64,000 nt of DNA, taken from positions 1-64,000 of the IMG/VR virus record IMGVR_UViG_3300020576_003089; one strand, given 5' to 3'. The first letter of the stretch is position 1, and the number at the start of each line of letters is the position of its first letter. A program made the translations under genes and the position numbers. The stretch comes from a virus (taxonomy: Duplodnaviria > Caudoviricetes). Below the pieces are notes generated by a model. That model did no database searches, had not been told where the DNA came from, and was given only the letters and a program-made list of their open reading frames with translations. Shown piece after piece: positions 10,744 through 21,305 of this stretch.

Positions 10744-12798
10744 TTAATCAAAGCTTCCGCCAGTTGGTGTTAATGTGAAATTAAGAATTATAAATTCAGC
10801 TGTTCTAGTTGGTTGAATATAAATTTGACCTACTAATTGGTTTCTATCAATAACATCTGAAGTATTATTACTACTATCCATTATTATTTTATAAGCATAT
10901 AATCCTTGCTTTTGAGTAATTGATTCTAAATAAGGTTCAGCAACTGATAAGAAACGGTTTCTAGTTATTTGAGTATTTTGATCAAATACTAATTTTCTAG
11001 CAGTATTACCTAAGAAACCTTTTAATTCAATTAATAAACGTCTTACATTTACTCTATCTAATGATGTTGGACGTTTTTGTAGTGTTTTTTGACCAAATGC
11101 AACAACACCTTCTGAAGGGAATGTAGCTAATGGATTAATATTAGCAGAATATAAATCATCACGATTTTGTTGAGTTAATTTACGTTCAGCTCTAATAACT
11201 GAACCTATTCCTCCTCTATTAATACCTGCTGGTGCAAACCATGGTGCTCCTACTTCATCATTAAAGGCATAAACACCACCCATTACTACTGATGGTGGAA
11301 CCCATACTGCTTTTCCTAAATTAGGACTATATGTTTGAACCCATGGATAATATGCTGCAGCATAAGTTGAAGTACTAGCTGCTGCTGCTGTTATAGCAGC
11401 TGCTGGTGTTTGACCATATGCAGTAGCATCAATTATACTAATATTATCTGCTCTATTTTCTGATAAAGCAATCACATCATCAGTAATTTGATTTAAAGGA
11501 CCATCACCTAAAGTAGCTCCAGGTACTAATAATATTTTAAATTCAAATTCATCTTTATTAGATAATAAATTTAAAGCATTTTCATAATCAGAATATGTAA
11601 ATCCTTGACAGTTAGTTGATGTTGAAGTTAAATTTTCATTAAATATACCATTTAAATTGGTAGCTGCTAAACCTCCTGCTAACGCACCATATGCATTCCC
11701 ACTACCTGTATAAGGTAAACTACCTGATAAAGCTGTATTAAATAATCCATTAGGTAATATAGAATTAGGTATTTTATTTATACTTCCAGGTTTGATTCTA
11801 ATATATTGACTAGAATTAGGATAGTTACCTGCTATTTGTAATATCTGATCAGTAACACTATATGTTAATTTTTGATCACCTATAACACGTCCTATATAGT
11901 TAGGTAATTGTTCATCTAATGATAAATTAGACCATGTTTCTAATACATTTTTATTAGTATCTGAATCATCTCCTCTACGAACAAGTAAAGTAAAATTACC
12001 AGTTGTATTATCTACATAATTTATTTCATATCTAATATTTTTAGAAGAACCTGAAACTAATGTATTAGCACTTCCTAAAATTATACTTCCACTATTATTC
12101 ATTGAATTACCCCATCCTAAACTTTCTACTATAAATGATGTAACATCAGTATTATTAGTTAAAGCACTTCCTGAAACTACTGTATTTACAGCACCTGGAA
12201 CTGTTGATTTAAACATTATTGTTGATGTTAATGAACCTGTAGCAGATGCTGATGTTCTAACATAAACTGATTTAGAATTAACTTTATTTATAACATTTGT
12301 AGCAGTTGAAGATGTTGTAGCTGCCATTGATACATAAAATGTATTAGCTGTATCTACTAACGAGGCAGTTGTTATTTGAAAAGTGTAAGTATTACCACCA
12401 GTACTAATATCAAATGAACCTGTATTAAGTAATGCATTTGCTAATGCTACTGATGATGATGCTAATGTTGAATTTTTATTTAAAACTGTTGATTGTGCAA
12501 AAGTATCATAACCACTTGAACCTGAAACTATTTTAGTTACAAGTAATGATTTTCCACCACCACTAAACCATTCTTTAGCAGCTATAGATGTAAAATATTC
12601 ATAATAGTTACTACCACTTTGAAAAATATCTCCAAATTTAGATAGATATTCACGATATGATGTAACTACTGTAGGTACCATTGGGTTTCCTTTAACTGTT
12701 GGACCTACTATTGCTGCTCCTACTACTTTAGGACCTTGTGTTATTAAACTTTTATCATTTTCCTGCATAAATTGACCAGGAGAAATTATTTGTTCCAT
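10744..12798 (-). CDS. Tail sheath protein (T4 gp18-like)
   Basis: ISPGQFMQENDKS N-terminus; WVPPSVVMGG...PWFAPAGINRG...DRVNVRRLLI...IYIQPTRTAEFI C-terminal sheath domain. Confidence 0.95.
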   Translation of the reverse strand: MEQIISPGQFMQENDKSLITQGPKVVGAAIVGPTVKGNPMVPTVVTSYREYLSKFGDIFQSGSNYYEYFTSIAAKEWFSGGGKSLLVTKIVSGSSGYDTFAQSTVLNKNSTLASSSVALANALLNTGSFDISTGGNTYTFQITTASLVDTANTFYVSMAATTSSTATNVINKVNSKSVYVRTSASATGSLTSTIMFKSTVPGAVNTVVSGSALTNNTDVTSFIVESLGWGNSMNNSGSIILGSANTLVSGSSKNIRYEINYVDNTTGNFTLLVRRGDDSDTNKNVLETWSNLSLDEQLPNYIGRVIGDQKLTYSVTDQILQIAGNYPNSSQYIRIKPGSINKIPNSILPNGLFNTALSGSLPYTGSGNAYGALAGGLAATNLNGIFNENLTSTSTNCQGFTYSDYENALNLLSNKDEFEFKILLVPGATLGDGPLNQITDDVIALSENRADNISIIDATAYGQTPAAAITAAAASTSTYAAAYYPWVQTYSPNLGKAVWVPPSVVMGGVYAFNDEVGAPWFAPAGINRGGIGSVIRAERKLTQQNRDDLYSANINPLATFPSEGVVAFGQKTLQKRPTSLDRVNVRRLLIELKGFLGNTARKLVFDQNTQITRNRFLSVAEPYLESITQKQGLYAYKIIMDSSNNTSDVIDRNQLVGQIYIQPTRTAEFIILNFTLTPTGGSFD

Positions 12799-12854
12799 AT
12801 TTTTAATTAAATTATATTATTGTATCTATAAATATATAAAATATTTAGCAACAA

Positions 12855-13121
12855 TTATTTAATTTCATATGTTTCTAAATTTATATTTTTATCAGAACCA
12901 TATTTATTAGTTAATTCTGATATAAATTCCTTTTCTTGTTCACTTAAATTATACAACGTTGATAATAAATCTTGTTTTTTAGAATTTAATTGATTTTTTA
13001 TATTATCTAAATCAAAATTAATTTTTCCTAATTCAAAAAGCGTATTTATAAATCCATCTTGTATAAATTTTATTCTTTCTTGTTCTTGTTGTGTTAGTTT
13101 TTCCATTTTTGTAGTTTGCAT
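12855..13121 (-). CDS. Hypothetical coiled-coil protein
   Basis: 88-aa ORF ending KYGSDKNINLETYEIK. Confidence 0.6.
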   Translation of the reverse strand: MQTTKMEKLTQQEQERIKFIQDGFINTLFELGKINFDLDNIKNQLNSKKQDLLSTLYNLSEQEKEFISELTNKYGSDKNINLETYEIK

Positions 13122-13318
13122 TTATTTTTATCTTCAGTAAATATTATTTTAGATATAGGACATTTACATTTATTACATATATGCGTATCAAATAATGTTA
13201 AATATGTATTTGATTCACATCCATTACATATTTTAATTCTTTCATTGGCTATATCTTGTTGTTCTTGAGTAGGATTAAAAGATATAACCCATGTTTTAAA
13301 TATTTCAATAATATCCAT
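13094..13318 (-). CDS. Small Cys-rich (putative Zn-binding) protein
   Basis: RIKICNGC...ICNKCKCP...KCKLQKW. Confidence 0.65.
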   Translation of the reverse strand: MDIIEIFKTWVISFNPTQEQQDIANERIKICNGCESNTYLTLFDTHICNKCKCPISKIIFTEDKNKCKLQKWKN

Positions 13319-13325
13319 ATTTTAA

Positions 13326-13535
13326 TTATTTTAATAAATTGTTTATTAACTCAAGTTTAGAATTTATTAACTCAAGTTTAGAATTTATATCATTTACATA
13401 TTTATCTCTTCCAAATATAAGTTGTTCTTTTTCATATTCCAAATCTGATATTAAATTATTTGGATCATATTCTTTTTCAGTTGTTGTAGTTTCTACTATT
13501 TGATTGTTTTCAATTTTGTACGTTGTGTTTTCCAT
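13326..13535 (-). CDS. Hypothetical protein
   Basis: 69-aa ORF containing a 21-bp tandem duplication. Confidence 0.55.
   Translation of the reverse strand: MENTTYKIENNQIVETTTTEKEYDPNNLISDLEYEKEQLIFGRDKYVNDINSKLELINSKLELINNLLK
13342..13383. repeat. 21-bp tandem duplication (TTTATTAACTCAAGTTTAGAA x2)
   Basis: Read directly; encodes INSKLEL twice. Confidence 0.9.
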
Positions 13536-13545
13536 ATTTGTTTTA

Positions 13546-15015
13546 TTAATTTATTGAACGTGAAACCTCTATCCAATTAGTACCGTTATATACTAACATA
13601 AGCACATCATTTGCAGTAGTAGCAAAATCAGCAGCACCTGACAATAACATTGGTGAAGTACCTGCACCACCTGCAGTATTATTTTTTACCGTCAATACCC
13701 CTGCAAAAATTAGTATTATTTGACTTCCTGCCTGCCAATTGGTATTGGTAATAGCTGTGATCTGTGTAGTGCCTGTAATACCAAAAACATTACCTGTAGT
13801 TAGTGTAAGATTGTTAGCACTTGCTACAGTTGCATAACCCGTAGCAAGCCTATTAGTCATATTTGTATAACCGTTTGAATCAATTGTAGTCCTAAGGGTA
13901 TTATTTGTATAAAGTCTTATATCTGCAGCAGCTTGAGTACCAAAACTTATTCCTCCAGATATACCAGTTCCTGTTGATACAACTGCTCCATCTTGAAATT
14001 GCATAGCTGCTGTAGTCCATCCTGTCCCCATACACCATAATCTTAGAGCGTCTGTTCCAGATGCTCCATTTCTGATTTCTATAGATGCATAATCACCTGT
14101 TCCTGCTCCTGAATTATTAACTGCTAATATTCTTTGACCTGTTAATGCTCCATCTCCTATTGAAATTCCTCCTCCTAAAGGTTGTAAAAATATATTGGAT
14201 GCTAAACCATTATTTCTTCCTTGTATTCCTAACACAGTAGAATAAAGACCATATACTATATTTAAACCTGATGATTCATTACCCGTTGTTAAAGCATGAT
14301 TAGTACTTGATAATGATAAAACATTTGCTGATTTTGCAAATATAGTTCCATTTATTGTAGTTCCAGTGTTTATTGAAGGTGTTTTTAATATAGTTCCATC
14401 AAATGTTAAACTAGATTCACCATTTAATGAATTTCCTCCAGTAGAAGTAACAACATAATCATTTACATTATTATTTACAGAAGCTGGTGCATATGAAGCG
14501 GATAAAATATAAGAAGCTGACACAGCATTTTGTGCGTTATTAGCGTATGAAGCAGATAATGCGTATGAAGCTGAATTAACTAGATTAGGTACTGGAGCGT
14601 AAGATGCAGATAAAGCATTACTAGCATATGATGCTGATAATGCTGTATTAGCATATGATGCTGTTGTTGCGTATGATGCTGTTGTTGCATTAATAGCGTA
14701 TGATGATGTTGTAGCATATGACGCTGATACAGTTGTTTGCGAGTTTGTTGCATATGAAGCTGATGTTGTTGTATTAGCATATGATGCTGAAGTAGTATTA
14801 TTTGAATATGAAGATGATAGAGCATATGATGATGTTAATGCATAAGACGCTGATATTGTTGGAGTTGCATTAAGAAAATATGATGCCGTTGTTGCGTATG
14901 ATGCTGATATAGCTTGAGTAGCTATTCCTAATAAAGACCCAGTAAATGATTGAGCATTTATTGTATTTAAATAAGCGTTAGATCCACTAACTATGATTTT
15001 TTTCCAGTTTGGCAT
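13546..15015 (-). CDS. Tail fibre/spike-like protein with SASYA repeats
   Basis: Likely start MPNWKKIIVSGS at 15015; about 20 (S/T)ASYA-type repeats, then a Gly/Thr/Ala-rich beta-type C-terminal region. Confidence 0.6.
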   Translation of the reverse strand: MPNWKKIIVSGSNAYLNTINAQSFTGSLLGIATQAISASYATTASYFLNATPTISASYALTSSYALSSSYSNNTTSASYANTTTSASYATNSQTTVSASYATTSSYAINATTASYATTASYANTALSASYASNALSASYAPVPNLVNSASYALSASYANNAQNAVSASYILSASYAPASVNNNVNDYVVTSTGGNSLNGESSLTFDGTILKTPSINTGTTINGTIFAKSANVLSLSSTNHALTTGNESSGLNIVYGLYSTVLGIQGRNNGLASNIFLQPLGGGISIGDGALTGQRILAVNNSGAGTGDYASIEIRNGASGTDALRLWCMGTGWTTAAMQFQDGAVVSTGTGISGGISFGTQAAADIRLYTNNTLRTTIDSNGYTNMTNRLATGYATVASANNLTLTTGNVFGITGTTQITAITNTNWQAGSQIILIFAGVLTVKNNTAGGAGTSPMLLSGAADFATTANDVLMLVYNGTNWIEVSRSIN

Positions 15016-15112
15016 ATATAGTACTATGATTAGATACACATTAGATGTGCCTACTTCCTTTTAAGGTCAATAATATTATTAATTATAATAAATTAAAATT
15101 GTGTTTCCAAAT

Positions 15113-15304
15113 TTATTTTGTATTTTGTATTAAAAATTGATTTTGTAATTTAACTATTATATTATAAATTATTTCTATATGTTCACCTTTAAAATCTGAA
15201 GATTTTATTAATAATAATAAGAATTTGATTTCATCAGAATTAAATGAATTTAAATCTGCGGTATTGTTGTTAATATTGTTGTTAATTTTTGTAATAAGAC
15301 TCAT
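15113..15304 (-). CDS. Small hypothetical protein
   Basis: 63-aa ORF between two fibre-like genes. Confidence 0.55.
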   Translation of the reverse strand: MSLITKINNNINNNTADLNSFNSDEIKFLLLLIKSSDFKGEHIEIIYNIIVKLQNQFLIQNTK

Positions 15305-15307
15305 TTA

Positions 15308-16273
15308 TTAAGAATATATAAAAATATCACCTGAAGTTGTATTTACATGCATTGTTCCTATACCATAAGTAGGAGCAGCTGAAACATCTGAAGCCGATCC
15401 TGAAATTACACCTATAAAACTTGTAGGTGTTAATGAAGTAGCATTATAATCAGCATTTTCAGCAAGTGACCAACGTGATTTTGTTCCATCACCATTTGAA
15501 TCAAAATATAAAGCATATCCTCTAGCTACACCAGCACTAGAAGAAGCTTGTACTATTATACCTCCATCATTCACTGTGAGAGATCCTGAAGATACTAAAA
15601 TAAATTTATCTTCTATTAATAAATTATCTGTATTAAATGTTGTAGTAGTACCATTAACCGTTAAATCACCTGATATAATTTGATTTCCAGTAATATTCAA
15701 AGTAGTTCCATCAAATGTTAAATTTCCTTCACCATTAATATTTTCAGCACCTGTAGAGGTTAATATATTATTATTAACATTATTTGTAATTAAATTAGAA
15801 ATATTAGAAGCGTATGAAGCTGTACCTGCATATGAAGCAGAAGTGGTCGTACTAGCATATGATGCTGTTGAAGCATATGATGCAGAAGTGGTCGTATTAG
15901 CATATGATGCTGTTAAAGCATATGATGCCGATACTACAGGTGATATATTCATAGCATATGATGCTGTTGAAGCATATGATGCAGAAGTAGCATTGTTTGA
16001 ATACGAAGATGTGATTGTAATATTAGCATATGAAGCAGAAGTGGTCGTACTAGCATATGATGCTGTTGAAGCATATGATGCAGAAGTAGCAATAAGTCCT
16101 GTTAAATCTGAGCCATTTCCTTGAAATGATCCACTAAATGAACCACTTAATATAGTATTAGCGGGTGCAGGATTAATTTTTTGATTAGTACTTACGATTA
16201 CTCCATTACTAGAAGTTACACTTAATAACTCAGCATTAGATCCACTGACTATAATTTTTTTCCAAGTTGCCAT
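15308..16273 (-). CDS. Tail fibre-like protein with SASYA repeats
   Basis: MATWKKIIVSGSN N-terminus shared with 13546-15015; ASYA repeats; GDLTVNGTTTT fibre-type motif. Confidence 0.6.
   Translation of the reverse strand: MATWKKIIVSGSNAELLSVTSSNGVIVSTNQKINPAPANTILSGSFSGSFQGNGSDLTGLIATSASYASTASYASTTTSASYANITITSSYSNNATSASYASTASYAMNISPVVSASYALTASYANTTTSASYASTASYASTTTSASYAGTASYASNISNLITNNVNNNILTSTGAENINGEGNLTFDGTTLNITGNQIISGDLTVNGTTTTFNTDNLLIEDKFILVSSGSLTVNDGGIIVQASSSAGVARGYALYFDSNGDGTKSRWSLAENADYNATSLTPTSFIGVISGSASDVSAAPTYGIGTMHVNTTSGDIFIYS
15828..16087. repeat. 62-bp exact direct repeat (15828-15889 and 16026-16087) inside SASYA region
   Basis: GCATATGAAGCAGAAGTGGTCGTACTAGCATATGATGCTGTTGAAGCATATGATGCAGAAGT read at both positions. 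Confidence 0.85.
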
Positions 16274-16314
16274 TATTTGATTTGATTTGATTTATGTTTA
16301 TAAATATACGAAAA

Positions 16315-17028
16315 TTAATTTACTCCTACAAATATTGATGATGAAGTAAAATATAATCCTCCGTTAGGTGCATCTCCAGTTAATTCAATTGAAGAAGTTG
16401 CAAATATTATTATTCCACTTTGAGATATTTGTAATAAATTTTTATTACTAGCATCTAATACTTGAAGAGGGTTAGTAGCAGATGAAGTTATTTGAATACC
16501 TACATTATCATTAATTCTAAATGAATTTATTGAATTTTTAATTAAAAAAAAATCATTTGAAATGAATGAACTATCAGATAATATATTAGTATTATTATTG
16601 ATTAAAAATATAGAACCTGTTACATTTAAGGATCCTGTAATAATTTGGTCTCCTTTAAATATATTAGAACTGGTTAAAGCAAAATTTATATTATTAAAAT
16701 ATGATGAAGATAATGCAAAACCTGCATATGATGAAGATAAAGCATAAGACGCAGAAATTGATGGAGATGGTGGAGCATATGATGCCGATACAGCATTTTG
16801 TGCATTATTTGCAAAATTAGAATATGATGAACTTAATGCATATGATGCTGAAATAGATGGTACTGAGGGAGCTGATAAAGCATAAGATGCTGTACCTGAG
16901 AATTGTCCTATGAATGAACCTGATATAACAAAATTAGTAATGTCATTACCATAAGATGCAGTTCCTCTAGTATTATTTCTAAATGAACCTGATAAAAAAG
17001 GATCTATTATGTTTCTACGTTTTATCAT
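16315..17028 (-). CDS. Virion protein with SASYA repeats
   Basis: SASYALSSSY repeats; neck/fibre context. Confidence 0.55.
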   Translation of the reverse strand: MIKRRNIIDPFLSGSFRNNTRGTASYGNDITNFVISGSFIGQFSGTASYALSAPSVPSISASYALSSSYSNFANNAQNAVSASYAPPSPSISASYALSSSYAGFALSSSYFNNINFALTSSNIFKGDQIITGSLNVTGSIFLINNNTNILSDSSFISNDFFLIKNSINSFRINDNVGIQITSSATNPLQVLDASNKNLLQISQSGIIIFATSSIELTGDAPNGGLYFTSSSIFVGVN

Positions 17029-17870
17029 TATAATGAACCTGTTGTTTCTAAATCAAATATTATTTGAGATTTTGAAAAATATCTATTTTTATCTACAGAT
17101 TGTTTATTAATTGTATCGGGTATAATATAACCATTTAAAACAATATTTAATGTTGTTTTTATAGCTCTATCTTGACCCTGTTCTACTGTTGTTGCTGTTG
17201 TAAAATTATCAATATTTACTCTGAAATTGAATTTTTCAAAATCTCCCCAATATGAATCAGAAGCATATTCAATAGCTTCTATCAATTTATTATTTTGTTC
17301 TATATAATCAGTAAATAAAATGCAACTATATGTTAACTTTACATAATCAGGTATTACAGATAAATAATATTTTTCAGATGGAATTATATTATTTAATATA
17401 GAAAATTTATCATATGAGTTTTTAACATTAAATTTTTCTTTAAAGGCTTGATATAAATGAGGTTTATTTGCATCTAATTTATTTCCTAAAGTTCTAACTT
17501 TTTCTACACTTTCACGTTTAAATATAATTAATGGTACCATTAATTTACCGTTTTTATCTCTATAAAAACCATCTTTTTGAACTGATTTCCAACGTTCAGG
17601 TGAACCATAAATAACAGGAACTTCTAATCTAACATTATTATGTATAACATTAGGTTTAATATTATTTATAAAATGTTGTAATACTGCATTATCTATATCT
17701 TGTAATCCAATTGATAAATCTTTTATTTCATCATCTTTAACAGATATTTCATTTGCTCTAACATGAGTAAATACAGTATCAGAGTCACCCTTAGTACCTA
17801 AATAAGGTGGTTCTAAAGCAAGTTGAGTTACTTCAGATTCATTTTTTGGTATTGGTTTTAATTTTCTCAT
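17028..17870 (-). CDS. Tail terminator/sheath stabiliser (T4 gp15-like)
   Basis: VPVIYGSPERW...VPLIIFKR...PDYVKLTYSCILFTDYIEQNNKLIEAI pattern. Confidence 0.65.
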   Translation of the reverse strand: MRKLKPIPKNESEVTQLALEPPYLGTKGDSDTVFTHVRANEISVKDDEIKDLSIGLQDIDNAVLQHFINNIKPNVIHNNVRLEVPVIYGSPERWKSVQKDGFYRDKNGKLMVPLIIFKRESVEKVRTLGNKLDANKPHLYQAFKEKFNVKNSYDKFSILNNIIPSEKYYLSVIPDYVKLTYSCILFTDYIEQNNKLIEAIEYASDSYWGDFEKFNFRVNIDNFTTATTVEQGQDRAIKTTLNIVLNGYIIPDTINKQSVDKNRYFSKSQIIFDLETTGSL

Positions 17871-18406
17871 AATCTTTCTTGAACAATTCCTAATTTTTCT
17901 GAACGTGTATAATGAGCTGATACTATAATTGATAATGAATTACCAAAATTGTTTGTATTATTTGAATATGAATATGAAGGGTCTTTACCTACAAATAATT
18001 GGTTTTCTACTATTGTGTCTATTTCATAATAATCTTCATTCCATAAAATAACATCTCCTATTTCAGGTACTATATTATATGTAAATCCTTTTCCATCCTG
18101 GTTTAATTCTGTACTTAAGCTTAATCCAGCTAAATCATCTCTTAAAAATCTAAATTTAACATCTCTATTTATATCTACACCTTCTTCACCTGAACTAGCG
18201 TTTTGTTCTCCTCTATCAATTAAACAATTTAATAATACAGGATCATTATATGTTTTTTTACCATTGCTTTCTCCATATATATTTGAATCAGTTTGTTCTA
18301 GTGATAATTTGTAAAATCCACACTTTTGTTCAATTATATTATTTAATAGTTCTCTATTAATATGTCTTATAAATGATATGTCTCTATTTTCTCCGTATAA
18401 ACTCAT
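17867..18406 (-). CDS. Neck/head-completion protein (T4 gp14-like)
   Basis: SNIYGES...PEIGDVILWNEDYYEI; adjacent to gp13- and gp15-like genes. Confidence 0.6.
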   Translation of the reverse strand: MSLYGENRDISFIRHINRELLNNIIEQKCGFYKLSLEQTDSNIYGESNGKKTYNDPVLLNCLIDRGEQNASSGEEGVDINRDVKFRFLRDDLAGLSLSTELNQDGKGFTYNIVPEIGDVILWNEDYYEIDTIVENQLFVGKDPSYSYSNNTNNFGNSLSIIVSAHYTRSEKLGIVQERL

Positions 18407-18765
18407 TGTTGTGTTATTATTTGAGGATGTTCATTATTTTCAAATTTAATATATTTAAAAGGTATAAATATATTATAATATTGATCATGATTAATAAAAT
18501 TATTTTTGAATTTATAAACTTTAATTAAATTTTGACAATATTTATCTTGTTTTTCTTCTTGAGAACTAATAGGACATCTAAGTACGTTTTTATAGGTATT
18601 ATTTTCTTCATCTAACTCTACATATCCAACACAACCTGTATTTTTACTAAAAAATACATCATACATTATATATTCATTTTCTATATATTCCTCTAATTTA
18701 ACAGTTGCAACTGGATTAGGATTATTTATCCCTAATTCATTTAATATATTTATTAACTTTATCAA
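18403..18765 (-). CDS. Leader-tagged hypothetical protein (MIKLINILNELGINNP; TTG start)
   Basis: Shared leader; 4-nt overlaps on both sides. Confidence 0.7.
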   Translation of the reverse strand: MIKLINILNELGINNPNPVATVKLEEYIENEYIMYDVFFSKNTGCVGYVELDEENNTYKNVLRCPISSQEEKQDKYCQNLIKVYKFKNNFINHDQYYNIFIPFKYIKFENNEHPQIITQQ

Positions 18766-19343
18766 TATTCTCCTACTTTTTGAATTGTTTGAAATCTTGG
18801 TAAAAATTGAACTAAACCTTCTATTTTGTCAGTTACTAATGCTACTTTTTTTATTTTCTTAATATCTTCTTCAGGTGTAGTTGTTACCATATATTTTAAT
18901 TTTAATAAAGAATATTCATGTTTATCTGTTGATTGACTATCTAAATAATCATTTTGTTCTACTGATACTACTACTACTCCTGTTATTCCTCTAATAGAAT
19001 TATAAACAAATACTTTATTTACATCATTTGTTACCTTAATTAACACTTCAATCTTATAAATAATGTGTTGAACTTCATTTAATTTACCATTATCAAATAT
19101 TGCGTTTATATAATATTCAGATGTACTTAATTCTCCCCAACTAAGTCCATTATCAATTAAATCTATAATGTCTTCTTTTGATCTACAATTTTCTAAATCT
19201 GCTAATATTCCATTATAATAATCATCATTACCAATATTTGATTTTTTTTCCTTTAATATTATTTGTCTAAATTTATCCTTCCAAGTCTTAAGTAATGGAT
19301 TATTTATTTCAAGTTCGTTTAATATGTTTGTTAATTTTATCAT
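18762..19343 (-). CDS. Leader-tagged hypothetical protein (MIKLTNILNELEINNP), two-module with internal KLNE
   Basis: Shared leader; internal GKLNEVQH junction. Confidence 0.7.
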   Translation of the reverse strand: MIKLTNILNELEINNPLLKTWKDKFRQIILKEKKSNIGNDDYYNGILADLENCRSKEDIIDLIDNGLSWGELSTSEYYINAIFDNGKLNEVQHIIYKIEVLIKVTNDVNKVFVYNSIRGITGVVVVSVEQNDYLDSQSTDKHEYSLLKLKYMVTTTPEEDIKKIKKVALVTDKIEGLVQFLPRFQTIQKVGEY

Positions 19344-20519
19344 TTAAAATATATAAAGTTGTAAAGGAATTTTATTTAACTCAGCTTGCATTGATTCAGC
19401 TTCAGCTGCTCTTTTTTCAAATTGCATTTTTCTTGAAGTTTCATCTAGATCTGCTCTTAGTTTTTCTAATAGTGCTACTTTTTCTTCTTTAGCAGATGAT
19501 AATAAATCATTGCTATTTAATATTACTGAATCACCAGGAATAGGAATAGTTTGATATTTACCTCTAATATACCCTAACATTTCTTTAGCTATTGTTAAAG
19601 TAAATTGTCTAATCCATTGTTTACCTAAATCATTTATTTGAGAATATACAGGATTTGTATATGGAACATTTGATATATTAGTTACTAAATTAGTACCACC
19701 ACTCCCACTTGCTGCATTTCCTAAATTATTATTTGTAACATTATTTCTATCATCTTTCATTATATAATGAAAGAAATAAGTATAATCTTGTTGTGGTATT
19801 GGAAATATTCTTAATTTATTATTAACTAAATCAAATGAATATGCTGATCTTCTAACTTGATCATTAAATTCAATACCTTGCATTATCTGCATATCAAAAT
19901 ATACAGGCATTAAAGTAAAATTAATACCTGGAGATGTATTACCAAATCCAAAAGATCCTAATAAAGATTGTGTTCCTATACCACTATATGGATCAAAATA
20001 TCTAACTAATGCTGGAGATTGTTCATAAAATAATCTTTTAATTTCAATTGAACCTGTAATACCAGAACCAGATGCCCATAAATTATAATCATTTAAATCA
20101 TAATCTTGTACACCTGCTAAAACTTGAAATGAACCAGTATGGAATGTTATATTACCACCAGTTCCAGCTTCACTAGCATATTGTTCTGCTATTCTAATTA
20201 TAGCACCCATATTAGGTGTTATAAGTTGATTATTCCAACTAGAAGATCCTGTAATATTACCTTCCATTGAAAGGTAATTATCTCTTATTTTATATTGATA
20301 TACTTCATTACTATATGTAGTTATAGCTTCTTCAAAAGCAGTATAAATATTAATATCTTGAAGTTCTACATTATGTATAGGATACCCTAAACGTTGGGCT
20401 ACCCATAACGCTATCTTAGGTCCCTCTGCTTGAAATTCAAGATCAGAATCATAAAAACCAAAAGGTGTTGAGCCTGAAATAGGACCACCTGAACCAGACC
20501 ATATAGGGATGTTACTCAT
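19344..20519 (-). CDS. Neck/head-tail adaptor protein (T4 gp13-like)
   Basis: RLGYPIHNVELQDINIYTAFEEAI...WIRQFTLTIAKEMLGYIRGKY...LNSNDL. Confidence 0.7.
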   Translation of the reverse strand: MSNIPIWSGSGGPISGSTPFGFYDSDLEFQAEGPKIALWVAQRLGYPIHNVELQDINIYTAFEEAITTYSNEVYQYKIRDNYLSMEGNITGSSSWNNQLITPNMGAIIRIAEQYASEAGTGGNITFHTGSFQVLAGVQDYDLNDYNLWASGSGITGSIEIKRLFYEQSPALVRYFDPYSGIGTQSLLGSFGFGNTSPGINFTLMPVYFDMQIMQGIEFNDQVRRSAYSFDLVNNKLRIFPIPQQDYTYFFHYIMKDDRNNVTNNNLGNAASGSGGTNLVTNISNVPYTNPVYSQINDLGKQWIRQFTLTIAKEMLGYIRGKYQTIPIPGDSVILNSNDLLSSAKEEKVALLEKLRADLDETSRKMQFEKRAAEAESMQAELNKIPLQLYIF

Positions 20520-20540
20520 TTATTATAAATATTAAATTAA

Positions 20541-21206
20541 TTAATTTCCTTTGTGTTTATATTCAAAATCTAATATTTCACCAACTAATCCACTTCTATG
20601 ATTTTCCTTTAATTTAACGTGTTTAATTGCTGAAATGTGTTTAGATAAATTAATAACATATTTTAAACCATTAATAGCTTCATTAGTATCTTGTTGTTCA
20701 TTATCACCATTAATAACTATTTTACCTGTTTTACCTAAACGTGTAAGTAATGCTAACATCTGATGTTTAGTTAAATTTTGTGCTTCTTCAATTATTAAAA
20801 TATCATCTACTGTTTTACCTCTAACAAATTGAACAGGCATTGCTAATAATTTTTTTTCTTCAATAAACTTGTTAATAGCAACTTCATCATACAATTTGTA
20901 TAAATTTTCTACAAATGCTTCCATATATGGATCAAATTTACCTTTTATATCACCTGGTAAAAATCCCATAGTTTCACCTACTTCAATTAATGCTCTAGTA
21001 TTATAAATTTTATCTATTAATCCATCTTGTAAAAAATTAAGAGCGGCATTAGCACAAACTAATGATTTACCACTTCCTGCTTGTCCTGTTATTATTGTTA
21101 TTTGATTATCTATAATTGTTCTTTTTGCTTCTTTTTGTTCTTCATTTAATTGAATTTTATATTTAATTGGATTTTGTCTAGGTTTTTTAGGTTTATCGTA
21201 AGACAT
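20541..21206 (-). CDS. phoH: PhoH-like ATPase
   Basis: GQAGSGKS Walker A, GFLPGDIKGKFDPY, FVRGKT, IIEEAQNLT, GDNEQQD, HRS motifs; probable start MSYDKP at 21206. Confidence 0.92.
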   Translation of the reverse strand: MSYDKPKKPRQNPIKYKIQLNEEQKEAKRTIIDNQITIITGQAGSGKSLVCANAALNFLQDGLIDKIYNTRALIEVGETMGFLPGDIKGKFDPYMEAFVENLYKLYDEVAINKFIEEKKLLAMPVQFVRGKTVDDILIIEEAQNLTKHQMLALLTRLGKTGKIVINGDNEQQDTNEAINGLKYVINLSKHISAIKHVKLKENHRSGLVGEILDFEYKHKGN

Positions 21207-21254
21207 ATAATTATTATTTTTCAATAAATATACGAAAATTATACTATAAAACAA

Positions 21255-21286
21255 ATAAAAAGACCCAAACTTTCGTTTGGGCCTTT
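21255..21286 (-). terminator. Rho-independent terminator after major capsid gene
   Basis: AGGCCCAAAC-GAAA-GTTTGGGTCT then TTTTATTT. Confidence 0.85.
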
Positions 21287-21305
21287 ATTTTAAATGTTAA
21301 TTAAA

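Noticed and set aside
14580-14825. His/Gln/Met-rich minus-strand ORF (and similar 61630-61812)
   Set aside because: Alternative-frame reading inside a longer gene; in 14580-14825 the composition comes from the SASYA repeat codons.
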